DNA of 37,532 bases, from IMG/VR virus record IMGVR_UViG_3300032212_000073, positions 1-37,532 of that record, one strand, 5' to 3'. Below the pieces are notes generated by a model. It saw only the letters and a program-made list of their open reading frames with translations, had not been told where the DNA came from and did no database searches. Position numbers and translations under genes: made by a program. This document shows, piece by piece, positions 26,005-35,854 of the stretch (positions are counted from its first letter, which is position 1; each line of letters opens with the position of its first letter). This stretch comes from a virus (Duplodnaviria > Caudoviricetes).

Positions 26005-28557
26005 ATGACAGAAAAAATTACACCAACAATTCCATTTGATTTTGATGAATTATACAATGGCGTTAAAACTAAATTTGATGCTGCTGGTTATGATACTGCT
26101 GAAGGTTCAAATACATCACAATTAATTACGGCAATGGCTTATTTAACAAGTATGTTAAATGTTAATACTGCAGTTAATGTTAATGAGACAATTTTACCAT
26201 TGGCAACAAGACGTGATAATGCACTTTATGATGCCAGAGCATTAGGATATGAAGTTCAGCATAAGCAATCATACACATATATTTTAACATTAAGTTTCAC
26301 TGCTGGAAATCATACTATTCCTAAATATGCAAAATTCCAAGATGAGTTTCACACATATTACTATATCGGAAATCAAATTGAATTGATTGATGTTGCTAAT
26401 GGTTATCAAATTGAGCTGCCTGTTAAAGAAGGTAATGTTTATACATTTACAGAAAATGCTGATTCATTAGTAACGGTAACGAGAACTGTTACAGATTCAA
26501 CTGGTGTTGAAGTACCTCAATATTACATTGATATTCCATACGTTGATGTTGAAGAAAATGGTATTGAAGTTTACCTTACATATTATGATGATTTTGGAAT
26601 TCTTGTTACAAGAGAAGAATGGAAAAAATCAAGAAATGTAATGATTGATGAAGACGCAAAACTTAATAAAGAATTCATTCGAATGGATAATATTGAGTTC
26701 CAAACTCCTAGAGTATACTTTAAATTAGGTGGTGTTGGTGAGGATATTCGTGTAGGAACTATTGTTGAAATCAATGTATTAACGACAGCAGGAGCAAGCG
26801 GCGCATTAGTAGATATTAATAATCCAGCATTATTACTTCACACTATTCCGAATTGTACAATTACTGGTATATCAGTTTATTCAGAAGGAACTGATGAAGA
26901 ATCTTTAGAAAGTATTAAATTAAATGCTCCTAAATTTTATAACAGCGCAAATAGAGCTGTAACAAAATCAGATTATGAAGCGATTTGTAATAGACAATCT
27001 CCTGTTAATAATTCTTTAGTGTGGGGTGGTGATGATGAATTACCTAAATGCCCAGGGCATATTTGGTTCTCTTTTGTACCTTCAAAAAATCCACGTTTCT
27101 TTGATACCGATGAATTTAAAAGCGAATTTATTCTTAGAGATTGGGGTGATATAGCATGGGATTATACTTTAGTTGGTCCTGCACCTACAACACTACCTGA
27201 AAATTATACTGTTGGTGAACAAAATTACGTTGATCAATTTAATTTAAATGAAGAATTTTACTCATCAAGATTCTTAGAAAATAATGAAATAAGATCTTCA
27301 GAGTATACCGAAGATGGTCAATTAATTCAGCCAGGCGTTTGGGATGTTCTAGATGGTTATAAAATTCCAACTCTTGAATTTCATAATAGACATCCGTTTT
27401 TCTTAGATTTTGAATATGATATTACTATTCTTAAATATAATATTTCTGTTTCTAAATCAGATATACATCAAAACGTTTTTAATAGTGTTAATAATTTCTT
27501 TACTGGTGTTAACGATACAGTTAAGATGGAACAATTTGAAACCGAATATTTCCATTCATCTATAAAGAAACGTATTGATACAACATTATCAGATGAAACA
27601 GGTTTTAATAACTTAGTAACTACAAAATTATTATTAACTAAGAAAAATGTATCGCAAGAAAATTCATTAGATGAATATAGAGATATTTTCATTCCAATGG
27701 CGGTGCCTTATGAGAGTTATTTTGATAATAGCGGTTATTTGCTATATAACGTATTACCAAGTATTGATACGCTTAATTTTATTGAATATGCAGGTGAAAC
27801 TGGCCAAGATTTATATACAGATTGGTCTGGTATACAAGCAGATATTACTGCAACAATAACTCAACAATTGGATCCAATGATTGTTGCACCAATTAGAATT
27901 AAACAAAGCGAATCAATTGTTGCAACAGCTGCACAAACAGTATTTACATTTACAAATATTAAAGTTGTTCCTGATGATCCTACTGAGTTAGATGCTACCA
28001 CACCGGCGTATGCGTTTGATAAAACTGTTATTGCTTTAAATGGTGTCCCATTAACTTATAATACACAGTGGTTCTTTGATGATACCGATTTAACAACAAT
28101 CACATTATCAGGTGTCACTGTTAATGCTGGTGATACATTATCATATAACGGTGATGTGTATGTTGGTTCATATAACGTTGTTAATTCATTTAGAAAATAT
28201 ATTTATGTTCAATTATTTATTGATGCAAATGGTTGGATAGATGGAACAGCAGCTCAAACTGATTACAACACACCGAAATCATATTTAACAACAAGTGAAG
28301 GATTCTATGATTTTACAATTGATAATTTTTATCTAACAACTGAAGGTTACTCTATAACTGCAGAAAACCAGCAAAGTGATATTACTGGTAATATTGTTAA
28401 AAATATTTCACCTGCCTTATATACAAGTACACCAATTAAGATGGATCTGTTTAGAAAAAATAGATATTTAAATATTAATTATAATTCGGCTAACTTCTCA
28501 TTATTGAAAAATGTATTGCCAAGATTAAAAAGAGTTACATTTGCCCAAGGAGTATAA
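26005..28557 (+). CDS. gp6: baseplate wedge subunit
   Basis: DFDEL, EGSN, ARALGY, ESLESIKLNAP..NRAVTKSDY, VWGG. Confidence 0.92.
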   Translation: MTEKITPTIPFDFDELYNGVKTKFDAAGYDTAEGSNTSQLITAMAYLTSMLNVNTAVNVNETILPLATRRDNALYDARALGYEVQHKQSYTYILTLSFTAGNHTIPKYAKFQDEFHTYYYIGNQIELIDVANGYQIELPVKEGNVYTFTENADSLVTVTRTVTDSTGVEVPQYYIDIPYVDVEENGIEVYLTYYDDFGILVTREEWKKSRNVMIDEDAKLNKEFIRMDNIEFQTPRVYFKLGGVGEDIRVGTIVEINVLTTAGASGALVDINNPALLLHTIPNCTITGISVYSEGTDEESLESIKLNAPKFYNSANRAVTKSDYEAICNRQSPVNNSLVWGGDDELPKCPGHIWFSFVPSKNPRFFDTDEFKSEFILRDWGDIAWDYTLVGPAPTTLPENYTVGEQNYVDQFNLNEEFYSSRFLENNEIRSSEYTEDGQLIQPGVWDVLDGYKIPTLEFHNRHPFFLDFEYDITILKYNISVSKSDIHQNVFNSVNNFFTGVNDTVKMEQFETEYFHSSIKKRIDTTLSDETGFNNLVTTKLLLTKKNVSQENSLDEYRDIFIPMAVPYESYFDNSGYLLYNVLPSIDTLNFIEYAGETGQDLYTDWSGIQADITATITQQLDPMIVAPIRIKQSESIVATAAQTVFTFTNIKVVPDDPTELDATTPAYAFDKTVIALNGVPLTYNTQWFFDDTDLTTITLSGVTVNAGDTLSYNGDVYVGSYNVVNSFRKYIYVQLFIDANGWIDGTAAQTDYNTPKSYLTTSEGFYDFTIDNFYLTTEGYSITAENQQSDITGNIVKNISPALYTSTPIKMDLFRKNRYLNINYNSANFSLLKNVLPRLKRVTFAQGV

Positions 28558-28560
28558 TAA

Positions 28561-30858
28561 ATGTCAAAAGACTTAAAGGGAATCTTTAATGCGATAACTC
28601 CAGAAAATATTAAAAGTATTCCATTGATCGCTGATGCAATGGAAATTTTTATTGAAAATTTGGAGGAAAACGCATCTGTTGCAGAATCAATATCTAGTAT
28701 ATATGACAATAGTTATGATGCAAACGATAGTGCAATTGTAAAAGATTCTAAATTAAATTTAAGAAAAGGTTTACTTGATGTTTATCTTTCAGTACTATAC
28801 AACACACTAAAGACTGCTCAATCAAATGAAATTATTAAAGCAAAATTTGATCAATCTGGCATAACAGAAGATAGTAATTCTCCTTTCCTTAAGGATGTTG
28901 AGAGAATTATTTCTGATGAACACTTTATAACAAATAAGAGTTTTAAAGAAAAATTAGGTACTGAGTTGGGCGTTAAGTACGCATATAATCTAACTAAATA
29001 TTTAGAAAGTGCTGAAATTACAAATGACTTAGAATTGACTGAAGTAAAACCTTTTCACTTTACTTCGTATGGCTCTGTTCTTAAAGAGATGTATGAGAAT
29101 ATTGTAAAACCAATTGCTCATCCATTAGGATTTACGTATGATTATAAGCAAATTATAGATGAATCAATAAAGGAATTATTTGGCTTAATTCTAATATATA
29201 AAGTTAATGAAATTGAAGTTAGAAATGTAGATGGACGATTCGTTGTATTTACTGAAGAATTAGATGATACAAATATAAAAGCTGATTTTCTATTAAGATT
29301 TAATCCACTAACTGGCAATAAATTTACTGAAGTTGAATACAATAATCAAGTAACTGTTTTAACCAATAAGGTCGTTGATAAATTTGTTGATGAGGTTATT
29401 GAAGATAGAAGTTTTAGATCTATATTATTTACAGATGGAACATACTTATATCAATATACTAATCCGATTGAAATCCTTTATATCGATTATAATGACTTTA
29501 TTCTTGGTATTGATAATCCAATTATTGATTTTTCAGATCATTGGTCTTTATATATTGATTATGAAACTGATCATGAATTTGAGTACACCGATACTATTGA
29601 GCAATTTTTAATTGAGTTTGAAATCACTAAAGTTGCTGAAGGAAATGATGGTGAAGTTGCACAGAGTTATTTTAATTTAACATCTATTGATTATGCATTC
29701 AATGTTGGTGGAGATTCATACCCGTATTACCCAGGATTAGATGAGTCAACACAATCGTATAATACCGGTGTTGCATTTAGTGCTGAATTGGATTCCCATT
29801 TCGATATAACTGTTAGTGGTAAATCACAATGGATAAATGATGTAACATTTACTGTTGCCGATGAATTTGGAAATAGTTTTGATACTGTAGTAACCCCAGA
29901 TGGTAATGGCGATTTTTCAATTGTTGTAAACACATACAACTTAGCTGGTGATATATACACAATTAGCGGTTCAACAACAGAGGCCGGTGTTGATTACACA
30001 AGCTATTATACAGCAAATGGTTTAAATCATAATGATCCAAACGATTTTTATCTTACATTAGTAGAAGATAATTCTCATAACTTGGTTAATACAATACGAG
30101 TAACTGGTAAAGGACCAGTTAGTGCAACGTTTAATATTGTAGTAACGGATCAAGCTGGAAATGATGTAACAACACCGTCATCAACAGATGTAGGTGGTAA
30201 TTTAGATCAAGTGATAACTTTAGGTGCCCCTCAATTACAAGGTGAATTTACAGTACAAGCAACAATTTTTGCTGGTAATGGTAAACCATTACAATCGCTA
30301 TATTATAAGTCTGATGATCTTAGAGTCGCTCAAACGGCTATAGAACTTAAGTTTAATGTAACTACATTTTTAGGAACTACTCCAAACTTTACTGGTTTAT
30401 TGGCTAATACGGCATTGGCAGATACAACATTTATGGGTGGACATGCTAGTACTGATACGTACATTATCAAAGAAATTGGTGAATTAACAATTCCTACAAC
30501 TTATGCTGATGAAGATGGTTTTCTATTAACGTATATGACTGATAATGGAATAAGTGATCTTAATAATTTACCACCAGAATTAATATTAGATGGAAAATTA
30601 TACTTAGGTAATATATATGCTGAATCAAATGATTACTACTTAAGAGGTGAAGAAACATTCATTGATTATGGTAGAAAAGTTACACCAATTGATTCATCTG
30701 ATTTTCTTGTTGTAACTAGTCCAGACTATTGTCAAGAAGATTTTTTAATTTACGCTTATTCAACATCTGGATATTACTTACATACTGATGAATCAATTGG
30801 AGATGATCAATATCTATATTCAAATGATAATTTCTATCTCTATACGCAAGGTGATTAA
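28561..30858 (+). CDS. baseplate wedge protein (gp7-like) with Ig-like domains
   Basis: Follows gp6; KLGT, VKPIAHPLGF hallmark; two Big-like beta-sandwich segments. Confidence 0.65.
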   Translation: MSKDLKGIFNAITPENIKSIPLIADAMEIFIENLEENASVAESISSIYDNSYDANDSAIVKDSKLNLRKGLLDVYLSVLYNTLKTAQSNEIIKAKFDQSGITEDSNSPFLKDVERIISDEHFITNKSFKEKLGTELGVKYAYNLTKYLESAEITNDLELTEVKPFHFTSYGSVLKEMYENIVKPIAHPLGFTYDYKQIIDESIKELFGLILIYKVNEIEVRNVDGRFVVFTEELDDTNIKADFLLRFNPLTGNKFTEVEYNNQVTVLTNKVVDKFVDEVIEDRSFRSILFTDGTYLYQYTNPIEILYIDYNDFILGIDNPIIDFSDHWSLYIDYETDHEFEYTDTIEQFLIEFEITKVAEGNDGEVAQSYFNLTSIDYAFNVGGDSYPYYPGLDESTQSYNTGVAFSAELDSHFDITVSGKSQWINDVTFTVADEFGNSFDTVVTPDGNGDFSIVVNTYNLAGDIYTISGSTTEAGVDYTSYYTANGLNHNDPNDFYLTLVEDNSHNLVNTIRVTGKGPVSATFNIVVTDQAGNDVTTPSSTDVGGNLDQVITLGAPQLQGEFTVQATIFAGNGKPLQSLYYKSDDLRVAQTAIELKFNVTTFLGTTPNFTGLLANTALADTTFMGGHASTDTYIIKEIGELTIPTTYADEDGFLLTYMTDNGISDLNNLPPELILDGKLYLGNIYAESNDYYLRGEETFIDYGRKVTPIDSSDFLVVTSPDYCQEDFLIYAYSTSGYYLHTDESIGDDQYLYSNDNFYLYTQGD

Positions 30859-30860
30859 TG

Positions 30861-30868
30861 TATAAATA
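30861..30868 (+). promoter_or_regulatory. late promoter TATAAATA
   Basis: Exact consensus in the intergenic gap. Confidence 0.75.
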
Positions 30869-30900
30869 TTATAAAATTTTTGAAATAAAGGATAAAAAAC

Positions 30901-31155
30901 ATGGCTACAAATGACGGATATTCGCCGTACCCACTGGGTTTAACTGCTGCAGATGCTGCAACTGCAATTAATAGAGCATTTGACTTGGATTCTGAACTTT
31001 TAAATTATGTAAAGTTTACAAGTTCAGCAACACCACCAAATGTTTTAGAAACTAAAGCGGGTGATCTTTGGCTAAATACAACAACCGATATTTTATATCG
31101 AGCATCGATTGGAGATGATGCGGGTAATCCACTGCTACTTTGGTTTGAGGTTTAA
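30901..31155 (+). CDS. small virion/fibre-associated protein
   Basis: SATPP....AGDLWLNTTTDILY motif typical of fibre modules. Confidence 0.55.
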   Translation: MATNDGYSPYPLGLTAADAATAINRAFDLDSELLNYVKFTSSATPPNVLETKAGDLWLNTTTDILYRASIGDDAGNPLLLWFEV

Positions 31156-31157
31156 TA

Positions 31158-31913
31158 ATGAAAGATCACATTAATTTCAAAGGACATTTTAAAATCCAAG
31201 CTATTGATACCGCCGGTGAAATTGTTGATGAATGGGAAGAAGATAATTTAATTATGGAAGATGCTCGTGAAACTATGTCCGAGTTATTTTCAAATCTTAA
31301 TACAAACACATTTATTAATAAAATTACTCTTGGTACACTTGGACATGTTGGTGACTCTATTGTTACAGCTAAGGGTAAAGAAGATGGTTTTGTTAAAGAG
31401 CGAGATAGATTATTCTCAGAAGCTCCAGCATCAATTCTTAATTCATCAGATATTGTTGCATTAATTAGAAAAAATGATATTTTTAATATTAATGTTACTA
31501 CAGCAGGATATTACAAATATATTGGTGACGATATAACAAGCTACTTAATTAATGATACTAATGTTGGTGATACAACGCTTTGGGAATATTTAGGTGCAAC
31601 GGCTCCATATAATTATACTATTAATTTTGATTTACCCGGCACAAATGCTTCGCCTACTGGAACATTGGCTGCATCAATAACAGAAGATGACGTCGGTGCT
31701 GGTAGTACTGTTACGGTTCTACAAACAGGAACATCGGTAAAATTTACTTTTGATTTTGCGCCGAATGCAGGTAATTTACAAAATGGAACAACTTCTATTT
31801 TTACTGAAGCAGCGTTATATTCAAATAATAGAATTTTCTCAATGAAAACATTTAAAGCAAAAATCAAAGATAGTGCTATTTTGTTACGAATAGTCTGGAC
31901 GATCACATTTTAA
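31158..31913 (+). CDS. baseplate/fibre attachment structural protein (gp8 position)
   Basis: KGHFKI..EEDNLIM, FTEAALY..FSMKTF..KIKD...IVWTITF. Confidence 0.6.
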   Translation: MKDHINFKGHFKIQAIDTAGEIVDEWEEDNLIMEDARETMSELFSNLNTNTFINKITLGTLGHVGDSIVTAKGKEDGFVKERDRLFSEAPASILNSSDIVALIRKNDIFNINVTTAGYYKYIGDDITSYLINDTNVGDTTLWEYLGATAPYNYTINFDLPGTNASPTGTLAASITEDDVGAGSTVTVLQTGTSVKFTFDFAPNAGNLQNGTTSIFTEAALYSNNRIFSMKTFKAKIKDSAILLRIVWTITF

Positions 31914-31927
31914 TATAGGATGAATAC

Positions 31928-33610
31928 ATGTTTGTTACATTAGAAGACTTTTTTAACAATTATAGAATAAAAAATAGACAGCAACCAAATGAAACTGTTC
32001 TTAATAAAGGAATAATGCGTCTTAAAAGAGAAACACGAGAATTAAAATCAATTATTGATATTTTAACCGGTGTTACTCTTCCGCCATGGACGACTGCAAA
32101 GATTTATGAAAGAGATGAGTACGTTTCTTATCAAGATTTAATATATAAATCAAGAATTACTCAGAACTTTGGCAATACTCCATTTAGTACAGATACAGTT
32201 AATTGGGAATTAATTACTTTGGATTCAGTAGCTCTTTCAAAAGGATCTATTATAAAAAATCAAAGTTATGTTGCTACTGCGGGTCAAACAATATTTTCAA
32301 CAAGTTTTAATATTGATTCTAGACCAATGGTGTTTATTGATGGGGTATTACTTGATGATGCTAGATATACATTTAGTAGTAGTGGTATAGTGCTAGTAAA
32401 TGCTACAGTAGAAAATGAAAATGTTTCAATATTTGCTGGTATTACTTATGATTCTTCATTAACATTATCAAAAGAAACATTTATAGCTGGTGCTTTACAA
32501 TTTCAATTTACTACAGGTTTTGTATTAAAAAGTCCATCAGTTTTTGTTGATGGTTCTTTACAAGCTGAAACACTTTATACTTATGCTAACTCTACTGTAG
32601 ATTTTGTTACGCCGTTAACAGGTGGTGAAGTTGTTGTAATTGGTAATGGTTCTGTTCTTGGAAGTGAAATTTATTCAACAACTGAGATTGATACATTCTT
32701 AACAGCAAAACGAGATGTTTCAGATTCATATTCAGCAGTTGAGGTTGATACGATGGTTGCTGGTTTTGCAACTAGTACAGATTTATCAAATCAATATACA
32801 ACATTGGATACTGCAAAGGCGAATGCATCTACAACACTTACCGGATATGGCATTCTTGATGCATACACTCAAACAGAAATTAATACAGCACTAGCGCTTA
32901 AACTTGATAGTACAACATATACAGCATCTGATGTGTTATCAAAATTAATAAGTGTTGATGGAATAGGATCAAATTTAGATGCTGATTTGCTTGGTGGAAT
33001 TGAACATTGGAAATATACTCGAATAGATAAAGCGTCTACTCAAGTAACAGATTTTTCTATTGCATCAGTTTCAAATAAAGCAGCTCATCTTGCTAATGAA
33101 GCAGTAACACCGTTATCAATTAATGAAATATTTTTTGATACTGATGAAGTTGCTGGATATGCAGGTGAACCAAACATATTAATGAGACGTTATGATAACA
33201 CTAATGCATTAGTATCTGAAGGAACAGTTTATCACAGTGCAAATACACAAGATATGATGATAGTTAGAGAAGGCTACTTTAATGGAACTTGGGAACCAAC
33301 TTTAGATATTGATTTTAGTATTGCAAACTATACTGATTACACTTGGACAGTTATTGTTACACCAACTGTTACAGGTACAGAACACGATTTTAATACTGAA
33401 GCAGGCCATACGCCATACGCTGGTTTTGATAATAATCTAACATGGGATTTAAATCAATCAGAATATCACTATGGTTACGTTTCAGGTAATATCGTTAAAA
33501 TGAAAGCAATTCATAGAGATAGTGCAACCGTTATAGATTTACCAGCTCGATATCATTTAGTTGGTATAAAAAATACGTTTGTTACTCATGCTTGGGTTGA
33601 CCAACCATAA
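31928..33610 (+). CDS. tail fibre/baseplate fibre protein
   Basis: CBM5/12-like W..Y..V.Y...Y segment, two ATAGQT.F-type domains, Y(S/T)xxE(I/V)D repeats, NLDADLLGG. Confidence 0.7.
   Translation: MFVTLEDFFNNYRIKNRQQPNETVLNKGIMRLKRETRELKSIIDILTGVTLPPWTTAKIYERDEYVSYQDLIYKSRITQNFGNTPFSTDTVNWELITLDSVALSKGSIIKNQSYVATAGQTIFSTSFNIDSRPMVFIDGVLLDDARYTFSSSGIVLVNATVENENVSIFAGITYDSSLTLSKETFIAGALQFQFTTGFVLKSPSVFVDGSLQAETLYTYANSTVDFVTPLTGGEVVVIGNGSVLGSEIYSTTEIDTFLTAKRDVSDSYSAVEVDTMVAGFATSTDLSNQYTTLDTAKANASTTLTGYGILDAYTQTEINTALALKLDSTTYTASDVLSKLISVDGIGSNLDADLLGGIEHWKYTRIDKASTQVTDFSIASVSNKAAHLANEAVTPLSINEIFFDTDEVAGYAGEPNILMRRYDNTNALVSEGTVYHSANTQDMMIVREGYFNGTWEPTLDIDFSIANYTDYTWTVIVTPTVTGTEHDFNTEAGHTPYAGFDNNLTWDLNQSEYHYGYVSGNIVKMKAIHRDSATVIDLPARYHLVGIKNTFVTHAWVDQP
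32707..32734 (+). repeat. 28-bp exact direct repeat, copy 1
   Basis: aaaacgagatgtttcagattcatattca, identical to 33869-33896. Confidence 0.95.
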
Positions 33611-33656
33611 TAGACCATAACTGGGACTTGAATCCCGATATTAAGGAGAATAAATA

Positions 33657-34142
33657 ATGGCATATAAGTTAAAACCAAATTATCATTTTGCTGATGATTT
33701 GCAAACAGGAATTGATAAAGTACCCATTGGTCGCATTATCGTATGCGAAGATTTTGGTAATAGTAATGTTATCAAATGGCTTAAGAAGGTTAGCAATACT
33801 GGTTTAACATTAACAACAACAATTGAAGACGCGTGGATCGCTGGAAATTTAGAAGATAGCGATGAATTAAAACGAGATGTTTCAGATTCATATTCACAAA
33901 CAGAAACAGATGCTTTACTTTCGGTAAAGCCTAATAGTACTGATGTTTATACTAAAGCTGAAATGGATGTAACGATAAATAATACCAAATATAACGATGA
34001 TGGTATTATGCAACACACATCTGCTATAACACAAGATGTAACAATATTTGCTGGGAATAACGCTTTAAGTGTTGGACCACTTTCAATGAATGATAACATC
34101 ACAATAACACTGGGTGATAACTCGGTTTGGAACATAATTTAA
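33657..34142 (+). CDS. fibre-associated protein
   Basis: YSQTETD and YTKAEMD repeats; C-terminal NALSVGPL..ITITLGDNSVWNII motif common in fibre genes. Confidence 0.65.
   Translation: MAYKLKPNYHFADDLQTGIDKVPIGRIIVCEDFGNSNVIKWLKKVSNTGLTLTTTIEDAWIAGNLEDSDELKRDVSDSYSQTETDALLSVKPNSTDVYTKAEMDVTINNTKYNDDGIMQHTSAITQDVTIFAGNNALSVGPLSMNDNITITLGDNSVWNII
33869..33896 (+). repeat. 28-bp exact direct repeat, copy 2
   Basis: Identical to 32707-32734; both encode KRDVSDSYS. Confidence 0.95.
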
Positions 34143-34154
34143 AGGAGAACATAA

Positions 34155-34586
34155 ATGCCAAGTCTAATTCAAGGTCCTAACACAGGTAGTTTAGAAATTA
34201 AAGCTGGAACAGGACAATCAATCATAATTACAACTGATGCTGAAGGCTCAGTTGATTTTTCACAAATTTCTACAGTAACATATACTGATAATGCAGTAAG
34301 TACAGCAGTAACAAATTTAGTTGCTGGCGCACCAGTAGGTTTAGATACATTAAATGAAATTTCTGCAGCTATTGCAGATGATCCTGATTTTGCTGGTACA
34401 ATGAATACATTGTTATTAACAAAAGCAGAATTTACAACACCCCCAACATCATCAAAAGGTCAAGCAGGCGATTCAGCAACTGATATTGCTATAGACAATA
34501 ACTTCTTGTATTATTGTGTTGCGACATATACTGATGGAGTACCAGATATTTGGGCAAGGGTTGCTCTTACATTAACTACATTTTAA
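34155..34586 (+). CDS. short fibre-like protein
   Basis: LVAGAPVGLDTLNEISAAIADDPDFAGT fibre repeat; C-terminal DNNFLYYC....W.RVAL motif. Confidence 0.7.
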   Translation: MPSLIQGPNTGSLEIKAGTGQSIIITTDAEGSVDFSQISTVTYTDNAVSTAVTNLVAGAPVGLDTLNEISAAIADDPDFAGTMNTLLLTKAEFTTPPTSSKGQAGDSATDIAIDNNFLYYCVATYTDGVPDIWARVALTLTTF

Positions 34587-34608
34587 TATAAATTAATAAT
34601 GTATATTG

Positions 34609-34638
34609 GGCACTGAGGTTACTCTCAGTGCCTTTTTT
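34609..34638 (+). terminator. intrinsic terminator ending the tail operon
   Basis: ggcactgag-gttact-ctcagtgcc-tttttt. Confidence 0.9.
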
Positions 34639-34747
34639 AACGGATTTGGTAGTATAATAATCAAAAAATAAATACTACATAAACATATGCTTAAATTAAT
34701 CATAATTTAAGTATCTCTATTGTATAATTAAAAATAAAAAGGTAATA

Positions 34748-35854
34748 ATGATTCAGTCACGTAATATAGTCAATACTGAAAATCTGGTTGTATCTAAATC
34801 AAAAGAAAAAATATTTTTTGGTGAATATTCAGGTTTTCAAAGATACGACAATCCAACATACAAATTTGCTGTTCAGCAAGAAGAAAAACAAAGAAACGCA
34901 TTTTGGAATCCAAATGAGATTTCAATGGTTAATGATGCTCAAAAATTCTTTGAATTGCCTAATGGTATTCAGGAAGTAATGATAAGAATTTGGTTATTCC
35001 AAACATTAATGGACTCAGGACAAAATAAAGGTCTTGAAGAAGTTATTGCTGAATTATGTACTAATCCAGAATTTGAAGCAATGTTTAAAACATGGGGATA
35101 CTTTGAACTTATTCATAGTTTAAGTTATTCTCATATTCTTCGTGGTATCTTCACAGACAGTACAGCAATATTTGATAAAATAAAAGATTATCCAGAAATT
35201 CAACATCGCATTGATAAAGAAGTTGAATTATATACCCGCGTTAAGAATATCAATAATCTTGATTCTTTAGAAGAAAAGAAAAAGCTAGTTCTTGAATTGT
35301 TGGTAAACATTTTTGCATTAGAAGGTATTAAATTCTATGTTTCTTTCTTAGTAACATATATTATCAATAACTCATATAATAATAAAATCCAAGGTAGCAC
35401 TCGTATAATTAAATTGATTAATTTCGATGAAGATTTACATACAGCAATGTGTTCAGGAACAATTAATATTCTTAAGAAAGAAAAGGTTGAAGGATTTACT
35501 GAGATAATGGAATCACAATGGTATAGTGATTTAATTGATAATACATTTTCAAGAGTTTATGATGATGAAATGTCTTTTGCTAAATACTTATTGAGTATTG
35601 CACAAATACCATCTTTAACAGAAAAAGTATTTGAACAATTTTTAAAATTTTATGTTGATTTAAGACGTGTTCAATTAGGTAAAAATAAAATTTATAATCA
35701 GGAAAAAACAGATGTTGTACAATGGTTTGAGAATTATAAAGATTTAAATAAAGATAATGCTGCATTACAGGAAAGCGACTTAGCCGTTTACTCAATTGGC
35801 ATTATGAAGAATGACCTCCCCGAAGGTAAATTAAAATTTAAGTGGAAGAAATAA
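34748..35854 (+). CDS. nrdB: ribonucleotide reductase class I beta subunit
   Basis: FWNPNEI, LMDSGQ, ELIHSLSY (radical Tyr), LEGIKFYVSF, DEDLH. Confidence 0.95.
   Translation: MIQSRNIVNTENLVVSKSKEKIFFGEYSGFQRYDNPTYKFAVQQEEKQRNAFWNPNEISMVNDAQKFFELPNGIQEVMIRIWLFQTLMDSGQNKGLEEVIAELCTNPEFEAMFKTWGYFELIHSLSYSHILRGIFTDSTAIFDKIKDYPEIQHRIDKEVELYTRVKNINNLDSLEEKKKLVLELLVNIFALEGIKFYVSFLVTYIINNSYNNKIQGSTRIIKLINFDEDLHTAMCSGTINILKKEKVEGFTEIMESQWYSDLIDNTFSRVYDDEMSFAKYLLSIAQIPSLTEKVFEQFLKFYVDLRRVQLGKNKIYNQEKTDVVQWFENYKDLNKDNAALQESDLAVYSIGIMKNDLPEGKLKFKWKK

Noticed and set aside
33623-33637. gggacttgaatccc, T-arm-like on the minus strand
   Set aside because: Only a 4-bp stem in a short intergenic gap; no cloverleaf, so not a tRNA.
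32707-33896. DGR template/variable repeat interpretation of the fibre repeat
   Set aside because: Too short, no adenine-specific mismatches, and no reverse transcriptase in the window.
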